Shown piece by piece: positions 22,449 to 28,838 of a stretch of 32,000 nt of DNA (the stretch's first letter is position 1; every line of letters begins with the position of its first letter). The position numbers were made by a program, and so were the translations under genes. The notes under the pieces are model-generated. The model saw nothing but the letters and a program-made list of their open reading frames with translations, ran no database searches and was not told the DNA's origin. Origin of the DNA: Candidatus Saccharimonadota bacterium (GTDB lineage: Bacteria; Patescibacteriota; Gracilibacteria; BD1-5; UBA6164). The stretch is taken from the NCBI GenBank assembly GCA_965229705.1, contig OZ245922.1:390001-422000 (forward strand). The letters are read 5' to 3'.

Positions 22449-24389
22449 ATGAATATTACCAAAATCCTGCTTTGCGTTCTATTTTTCATACTTCCTTTTA
22501 TCCATGGGAAAATATTTTTTCAGTTTTGAATACCTCTATATTTTCCTGTAGACGGAAACTATGAGTTCACGAAGAGTATTTTTTTTCATATTTTCTCAAG
22601 CCTGATATATATAGTGTTTATTTGAGAATCTCTTCTCAATTCTTTTTTTTGTAAAAGCAAAGAACATACAAAATATTTTTCGCAAATTTTTTCTATACAG
22701 GCAATTGGCTGAAAAAGTAATACACCTCATTTTCAAGTATGAAAAATTATCTCTATATTTCTGATAATCCTCTCAATATCAACCTATTTCTCTCTCTCCC
22801 CTTTCATCTCACTCATCTGAGACACAGAAAAATGACATACAACGCTTCTCTTTGTTCATCTTGTATGAATATTTCTCATACTACGAAGTCTTGAGAAAGA
22901 GTTCTTGCAAAGACTCATATATATCACGATTTTTTCATGTTGTATTGTCAGTGTCATTGCGATAAAAGAATTATTTTTTCCTGTTTTCGATTATGGGGAG
23001 CTGTCAAGTAGGGCACTATGAACTCTTGGACACCCAAACTATCTTGCTGGATATATATTGATAATCCTTCCTCTTGTGTTTCATGCAAAACTCCCCTCTC
23101 TTATAAAAGGGGGGCTTGGGACTGTGTTAATATGAACTATCATACTTACGCAGTCTATTGTCGCGGTATTTCTCACTTTTTGCTATTTCGCGTATTTTTT
23201 TATGGCTCATATTTTTAGAAGAGGTTCCTTAAGAAAGTTCTGAAAAATAAAAAAATCTTGAGTAAGAGACTGGTCTCAAGCCCTTAAAATAAGTAACTCG
23301 AGACCGGTCTCAAAAAATAAAAGCGCTTTTTCCAGAGATTTTTTAAAGCGTTGGTGGACTCAAATATGAATATATATTCTTATCATACTTACTTTGTGTC
23401 TTTGTCTCTTACTCATACAATATTTTCCAGAAAAACTCCACTCATTTCTTTCACGTTTTAGTATTTGGGAGACAACTCTCAGGATTATTTTCTCAGATAT
23501 ACACATATTATTTTTCTGAGCAGGTCTTGAGACACTTCCCTACTTTTTTGAAAGTTTCAAGAGTCCTGAGATGTATATTTATGAAAATTTTTGATACACT
23601 GCCGATAGACCTCACAATTTCTTGCTCAATATTTTGTATCATTTAGGGATTCTTTGAGGAGTTTTTTTCTGATATTTGTTCTACCTCTTTTGCAAAAACT
23701 ACAAAAACACTCCAGAAAATCATGCGATGATACTCTTTTTATTATTCTGAATATTTCATTTTTTTTCAGTAGTAAGTTATATCGTTTTTATACTCATACT
23801 GAGTTACTCCTTACTCTCACTAAAAACCTTACCTCTCAATCTCCACTCCTCAAAAGAGAAGAGGGATGTAAATCATATTTTATGAATATGTGTATTCACA
23901 ATAATTACTGTCTTATCTTTTTTTTGATCATATTCTTCTTTTCTCCTCTATAGAGCAGAAATTCTTTATGAACAACAAAAATATCATCTAGCTCAAAAAA
24001 CTTTTTCTCATCCAAAATATCTCATAGAAATATGAAAATACCAACAAGCCGAACAAAGAGAATGAATCCTCTCTCAGTATAACCTCAAAAATCAGCTGAT
24101 AACCAAAGAAGATAAAGTCTCTTTATGTAAATATCTCACTCGTGCGTATCCTGCAGCGGAAAATTACTTATATTGTGGAAATATTCTTGAACGTATCGGG
24201 GAAAAAAATCTTTCTCTTGAGTATTATAGGCTATGACTCTTGGAACTTCCTGATCTTTGGAATCAAGATTCTCGATATTGGAAAAACTATTTTATACGAG
24301 AAACTATAAGCGGAAATAGGTTTTTTTCGGAAAAATTTTGAGATATTTGATGAGTTGTAGAAAAAGTATATAATCACAAAAATTACTAA
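22449..24389 (+). CDS. O-antigen-ligase/Wzy_C-like polytopic membrane protein with a C-terminal TPR-like region (646 aa), carrying an in-frame family-A element
   Basis: ATG 22449 to TAA 24387-24389. All 647 codons were read and there is no TAA/TAG. The N-terminal half has LGTLGHPNYLAGYILIILPLVF. The C-terminal half has FFGAGLETLPYF...ADRPHNFLLNILYHLGILGGVFF (Wzy_C-type signature). The two halves are in one frame across repeat copy A4. Confidence 0.8.
23223..23348 (-). repeat. family-A palindromic element, copy A4, located inside a CDS
   Basis: GGTTCCTTAAGAAAGTTCTGAAAAATAAAAAAATCTTGAGTAAGAGACTGGTCTCAAGCCCTTAAAATAAGTAACTCGAGACCGGTCTCAAAAAATAAAAGCGCTTTTTCCAGAGATTTTTTAAAG is collinear with A3. 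In the host frame it translates as RRGSLRKFGKIKKSGVRDWSQALKISNSRPVSKNKSAFSRDFLK. Confidence 0.9.
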
Positions 24390-24399
24390 TCTCATTTTT

Positions 24400-24813
24400 A
24401 TGTATAACTGGTCCATTATTTCTCAAATACTCAAAGAGGTTGAAAAAAAAGATATACTCAATACGCAAAGAATAAAAGATTCTGACAATGCTGATGTCTT
24501 TAGAAAATATATAAAATCAGATATATTCTTTGATGAAATTTCCAGTGAAATACAAGAAGTAAAAGATGAAAATAAAAAAAACAACTCTGTATATCTTGAG
24601 GATGAGCTCTGAGATATTTTTTGGGATTATATCAATCTCTTATACTTTTTGGAAAAAGAGAATAAAATATCTCTTGAAAGAGTATTTGAAAGGTGTTTAA
24701 GAAAATATAGTGATCGTATTTCTGCTTTAGAAAATTGAGTATTGTGGGAAGATATAAAAAAGCAGCAAAAAGAATCTCTCGCGAAAGAACATAAACAAAA
24801 ATATGAACTTTAA
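24400..24813 (+). CDS. MazG-like nucleotide pyrophosphohydrolase (137 aa), tentative family call
   Basis: ATG 24400 to TAA 24811-24813 with two in-frame TGA codons. The acidic helix pattern DEISSEIQEV...LEDELGDIFWDYINLLYFLEKENKISLERVFERCLRKYSDRI resembles the small MazG/YpjD fold (ExxE...ELGD). Confidence 0.6.
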
Positions 24814-24914
24814 AAAACTTCTGAAAAATACAAACTCCCTAATCCTCTCTGGCTCTACCAAACCATCCCTCCTTTGTAAAACGAGAGAAAAAGGACTTTC
24901 TCAGAGTTTCCTTT
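24810..24914 (+). repeat. family-B palindromic element, copy B2
   Basis: TTTAAAAAACTTCTGAAAAATACAAACTCCCTAATCCTCTCTGGCTCTACCAAACCATCCCTCCTTTGTAAAACGAGAGAAAAAGGACTTTCTCAGAGTTTCCTTTT is collinear with B1. Its left terminus overlaps the MazG-like stop codon. Confidence 0.88.
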
Positions 24915-24931
24915 TGTAAGAAATAGGCTAT

Positions 24932-25549
24932 ATGAAAGACCCCTACCAAGACAAGACCACAAAAATATATGATACAGGTGCAAAAAAGTACAAAAAAAGT
25001 ACCCAAGATTTTACCTTTCCTGCATGAATGTTTGAGTATTTTTTACAACTTCTTTCTGGGAAAAAAATACTTGATCTCTGATGCGCATATTGAAGAGATA
25101 TCTCAAGAATGAGAAAACAATGATTTGATGCCCATGGACTGGAGCTATCTCAAGAGCTGATACACCTTGCAGACAAGGATATAAAACCATATATTATTTA
25201 TGGAGACATCACAGAGATAGAAAAGTACTTTTCTCCTCAAAGTATTGATGGTATTTTTTGTTCAGCATCTATTGTTCATATGGATAAAAATATTGCTCTA
25301 AATGTTCTCAAAGCTTCTGCTAAAGTACTCAAAGATACTTGAATCCTATTTCTTCAAGTCAAAGTTTCACAAAGTGATACAAAGAGTTTTACGCTCAGTC
25401 AGTCTATACCATGAGTAAGAAAAAAATACTCATACTATCGAGAAAATGAGATCATAAAAATACTTGAAGATATAGGATTTCAGATATGTAGAAAAACTAT
25501 AAATACTCATGAAAGTAACACATGGATGGTTATAATCGCGAGAAAGTAA
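24932..25549 (+). CDS. class I SAM-dependent methyltransferase (205 aa)
   Basis: ATG 24932 to TAA 25547-25549, frame checked. Motif I is KILDLGCAYGRD (G encoded by TGA). Also seen: DGIFCSASIVHM and GILFLQVK. Confidence 0.85.
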
Positions 25550-25560
25550 AACTACATATT

Positions 25561-25589
25561 TTGTAGAATATTATAAGCCTTGGTATATT
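25561..25589 (+). promoter_or_regulatory. candidate promoter upstream of the ilvA leader
   Basis: TTGTAG (25561-25566), 17-nt spacer, TATATT (25584-25589). Confidence 0.3.
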
Positions 25590-25967
25590 TTACCAAAATA
25601 TGTAAACCTAATTGCTGCAATTGTAACAAAAATTGTAAAATAATTTGTGTTTCTTTGCCATACTCATATACTCAAAAACATAAAAAACGCTTGAGTTTCG
25701 CTATCACGAAACGAGTTGGAGGAAGAATGCGAGCAAAGCTCGCAAGATAAAAGTTTAAAGATGAAAGTTTAAAGTATTTATGTTGCTTTTCACTTTCTAC
25801 TTTCCAATTTTTACTTGCGGCAAAATCGCTATTAGACCCTCTCGGAGTCGAAAATCTTCGTAAAAAAAATACAATCAAGAACTGCTTGAGGTGGTACCTT
25901 CCTTGTCTGCTCTTTTGGAGCTTCCAAGGACCGAAAGCGCATAATATTTTTTTTATGTGCTTTTTTT
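25590..25967 (+). promoter_or_regulatory. about 380-nt untranslated leader of ilvA with a T-box-like core motif (hypothesis)
   Basis: GAGGTGGTACC at 25888-25898 matches the GGUGGUACC core of the T-box antiterminator consensus. Hairpins are present upstream (TGCGAGC-AAA-GCTCGCA, GTTTCG-CTATCA-CGAAAC). A T-run lies at about 25950-25958. Stem I features and a specifier codon could not be identified by eye. Confidence 0.25.
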
Positions 25968-27203
25968 ATGATAACTCTCTGGGATATTCAAGAGGCTCAA
26001 AAAAAGTCGTGAAAGGTAGTAAAAAAAACACCTCTTCTACTCCACGAACGACTCTCAAAAAAATACAATGCAGAAATATACCTCAAGCGTGAAGACCTGC
26101 AAAAAGTACGCAGTTATAAAATACGATGAGCCTACAATCTTATACACTCTCTTTCACACTGAGAAAAATCGCGATGAGTCGTCTGTGCTAGTGCTGGAAA
26201 CCATGCACAAGGTTTTGCCCTCTCATGCCAAAGCCTCTGAGTATCAGGAAAAATATTCATGCCTATTACTACTCCAGAACAAAAGGTCTATAAAACTCGG
26301 CAATTCTGATGAGACTTTGTCAGTATAGAACTCATAGGAGATACTTTTGATGAAGCTCTAGCAGCAGCAAAAAAATATGAAACAGATAGCTGAGCGACCT
26401 TTGTACATCCCTTTGATGATGAGAAAATTATTGCAGGACAAGCAACTCTCTGACTTGAGATTTTTGAAGAACAAAAGAATATTGATCTTATCATTGCTCC
26501 TATATGATGAGGAGGTGTAATATCTGGTATTATTTCTGCAAGAAATGCTCTGTGAAAAAAGACACAAATACTCTGAGTTGAGCCAGAATGAGCAGAAAGC
26601 ATGAAACGATCACTCTCAGCATGAAAAAACACCACTCTCAAAAATATTGATACCTTTGTAGATGGAGCATCTGTTGCGCGGGTATGAGATATCCCTTTTC
26701 GTATATGTCAGGAGAACAATATAAAGGTTATTAGCTGTCCTGAAAATCGTATTTGTTCCACTATTTTAGAATTTCTTCGAGAAGATGGTATCGTACTCGA
26801 ACCAGCAGGGGCAATGGAAGCTGACACTCTCAAGTCACTTGGAAAAAAAATAGAGTGAAAAAAAGTGGTTATCGTCACAAGTGGTGGAAATCTTGATTTT
26901 GAGAGGCTTCCGGAAATAAAAGAGCGATCTCTCAAGCATGAATGAAAAAAGCGTTACTATCTCGTAAATTTTCCTCAAAGACCCTGAGCACTCAAAGATT
27001 TTCTCACATTTCTTTGACCTGATGATGACATTGCTCGTTTCGAATATATGAAAAAATCTAATAAGGATAGAGCTCCTGTTCTTATAGGTATTGAGGCTCT
27101 CTGAAATGCCAATTTTGAGGATATAGAATCCTCTATGCGTTTGTGATGATTTTCTTTTGAGGATATTAGTCATAACGATATGTATTTTAATCTTCTTGTA
27201 TAA
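25968..27203 (+). CDS. ilvA: threonine ammonia-lyase (threonine dehydratase) with one C-terminal ACT-like regulatory domain (411 aa)
   Basis: ATG 25968 to TAA 27201-27203, all lines checked. Motifs seen: [35 protein letters not shown] (PLP lysine), [28 protein letters not shown], and PIGGGGVISG with TGA TGA at 26505-26510. The C-terminus carries [16 protein letters not shown]. Confidence 0.92.
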
Positions 27204-27207
27204 TCTT

Positions 27208-27564
27208 ATGAAACACTTTTTGATACTTTGTATAGTTTTGCTTATTATTTCATCTTGTTCTTCTGATATACAAGAAAAAGAAAATTGAGATAAAGATACT
27301 CCTAGCTTTGATATTCTAAAGAAACCTATTTTAGAAAAAAATACCTTGAGGCAAGATGATGTATATCAATCTTTTATATGAATGACGAAGCAAGAAGCAG
27401 TAGAGTATGCTCAAGAAAACAATATAAAATTTCGTATTGGAAAAGAAGATAATAAGGCTTATATGCTCACGATGGATTATGTTGTTTGAAGAGCAACGGC
27501 AACTCTTAAAGATGGAAGAGTCATAGGTCTGAATATTGAATGAAGAAAAAGTATCCTTGAATAA
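27208..27564 (+). CDS. small lipoprotein (118 aa); the mature domain loosely resembles the peptidase-inhibitor I78 fold family
   Basis: ATG 27208 to TAA 27562-27564. The signal peptide MKHFLILCIVLLIISSC carries a lipobox. The segment FRIGKEDNKAYMLTMDYVVGRATATLKDGRVIGLNIEG fits the pattern; this family guess is tentative. Confidence 0.72.
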
Positions 27565-27819
27565 AAATACAAAAATATTTTACTTATTTCACCTCTGAAT
27601 CTCCTCCTTTTAACAAAAAAGGAAGGGAGCGAGAAAGGAATTCAAGATAGGAATGGAGAAAACATATTACTTATTCCACCTCTGAATCTCCTCCTTTTAA
27701 CAAAAAAGGAGGAGGGCTCAAAACTTGATAGAAAGTCTGTAGCTTCTTTCCTTTGAGACCAAAGGAAAGAATTCAAGATAGGAATTGAGAAAATATTTGT
27801 CCGAAATGACAGAAAACTA
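27563..27819 (+). repeat. family-C element: short unit (27579-27654) plus long unit (27667-27793) plus a shared 26-nt flank, ending 5 nt before tRNA-Ser
   Basis: The long unit is TTACTTATTCCACCTCTGAATCTCCTCCTTTTAACAAAAAAGGAGGAGGGCTCAAAACTTGATAGAAAGTCTGTAGCTTCTTTCCTTTGAGACCAAAGGAAAGAATTCAAGATAGGAATTGAGAAAA. It has two perfect hairpins (CTCCTCCTTTT/AAAAGGAGGAG and CTTTCCTTTG/CAAAGGAAAG). Confidence 0.9.
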
Positions 27820-27824
27820 CTTCT

Positions 27825-27917
27825 GGAAGGGTGGCTCGAGTGGTTGAAGGCGCGCGCTTGGAAAGCGTGTAAGTTGGATTTCCGGCTTCGCGGGTTCGAA
27901 TCCCGTCCCTTCCTCCA
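27825..27917 (+). tRNA. tRNA-Ser (anticodon GGA), long variable arm, CCA encoded
   Basis: Acceptor GGAAGGG/CCCTTCC, anticodon stem CGCGC/GCGTG with loop TTGGAAA, long variable arm, T arm with GGTTCGAATCC, then T + CCA. Confidence 0.9.
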
Positions 27918-27979
27918 GTTTATATTATATAGGACGGATGAGAAGTTTATACCTGAAAGGTTAATCCCGTCCCTACCCA

Positions 27980-28043
27980 ACTCTTCCTTTTAGCAAAAAA
28001 GGAAGGGAGAAATGAAGCAATTCAAGATAGGAATTGAGAAAAC
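27980..28043 (+). repeat. family-C element, truncated short unit
   Basis: CTCTTCCTTTTAGCAAAAAAGGAAGGGAGAAATGAAGCAATTCAAGATAGGAATTGAGAAAAC. It shares the hairpin and the GAATTCAAGATAGGAAT terminus of family C. Confidence 0.8.
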
Positions 28044-28098
28044 TAAATGATTTTCTGTTAAAACTCTAAGAGTTAGTATAATCCAAAAGAGAAACCAC

Positions 28099-28503
28099 AT
28101 GAAAAAGCTTATTCGCATTTCCAGACTTGCCTCAAAAGAGGCTATCAAAGATTTAAAAGCAAAAAATCCTCTTTATTGTAGTGCAATAAAAGAAGATTTC
28201 ACCGTAACTAATATTTTTTATTCTCATATTATTGGGTACAAAAAATCTCGCCCAGATAGAGAAGTAGTAGAAAGACTTATCGTCATGAATCTTATACAAA
28301 AAATTGCCCAAGAATGAGTATTAAAAGAAAAACGGAAAAATGGAGCTTTTGAATGAGCAATATACCAAAATACCTATAAAATTATGCTAAAAAAATGATG
28401 AATTTGTTTCTATGTTATTATTTGAGAGGAAAAATCTGGAAAATATATTTTGCTAAGCTGCTTTGTAAAAGACTATCGAAAAAATAAAGACTCATTCGTT
28501 TAG
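28099..28503 (+). CDS. hypothetical protein (134 aa)
   Basis: ATG 28099 to TAG 28501-28503 with five in-frame TGA codons. Sequence MKKLIRISRLASKEAIKDLKAKNPLY...IAQEGVLKEKRKNGAFEGAIYQNTYKIMLKKGGICFYVIIGEEKSGKYILLSCFVKDYRKNKDSFV. No family is recognised. A possible TATAAT lies at 28077-28082. Confidence 0.62.
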
Positions 28504-28573
28504 TGTTCTTGCCACATCATAGGTCTCTTGCAACCTCCGAATGAATCTCTAAAATTATTATATCAAAAAACAC

Positions 28574-28743
28574 AAAAATACAAAAATATTTTACTTATTC
28601 CACCTCTGAATCTCCTCCTTTTAACAAAAAAGGAGGAGGGCTCAAAACTTAATAGAAAGTCTGTAGCCTCTTTCCTTTGAGATCAAAGGAAAGAATTCAA
28701 GATAGGAATTGAAAAAACATTTGTCCGAAATGACAGGAAACTA
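28574..28743 (+). repeat. family-C element, long unit plus the same 26-nt flank that precedes tRNA-Ser
   Basis: 28591-28743 differs from 27667-27819 at 6 of 153 positions (my count). The 5-prime leader AAAAATACAAAAATATTT matches the leader of the short unit at 27563. Confidence 0.92.
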
Positions 28744-28758
28744 GCATTACTATTCTCA

Positions 28759-28835
28759 TTTTACCTTTTACTTTTTATTTTTTAGCTTTTAGCTTTTAAC
28801 TTTTAACTTTTAACTTTTATCTTTTAACTTTTACC
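28759..28835 (+). repeat. tandem heptamer tract (TTTTANN) x 11
   Basis: TTTTACC TTTTACT TTTTATT TTTTAGC TTTTAGC TTTTAAC TTTTAAC TTTTAAC TTTTATC TTTTAAC TTTTACC, in perfect 7-nt phase. It ends 3 nt before the ileS ATG. Confidence 0.95.
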
Positions 28836-28838
28836 CTT

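Noticed and set aside
27563-28743. CRISPR array formed by the repeated units around tRNA-Ser (and at 16413-16609)
   Set aside because: Only 2-3 units per locus, irregular unit lengths (about 65-130 nt) and irregular spacing. The intervening DNA contains a tRNA and a gene, and no cas genes are present. The units have terminal inverted repeats typical of MITE-like elements.
27667-28743. Diversity-generating retroelement template/variable repeat pair
   Set aside because: The six differences between the 153-nt copies are mixed transitions (G/A, T/C, C/T, A/G), not adenine-specific. Neither copy lies in a CDS, and there is no reverse transcriptase.
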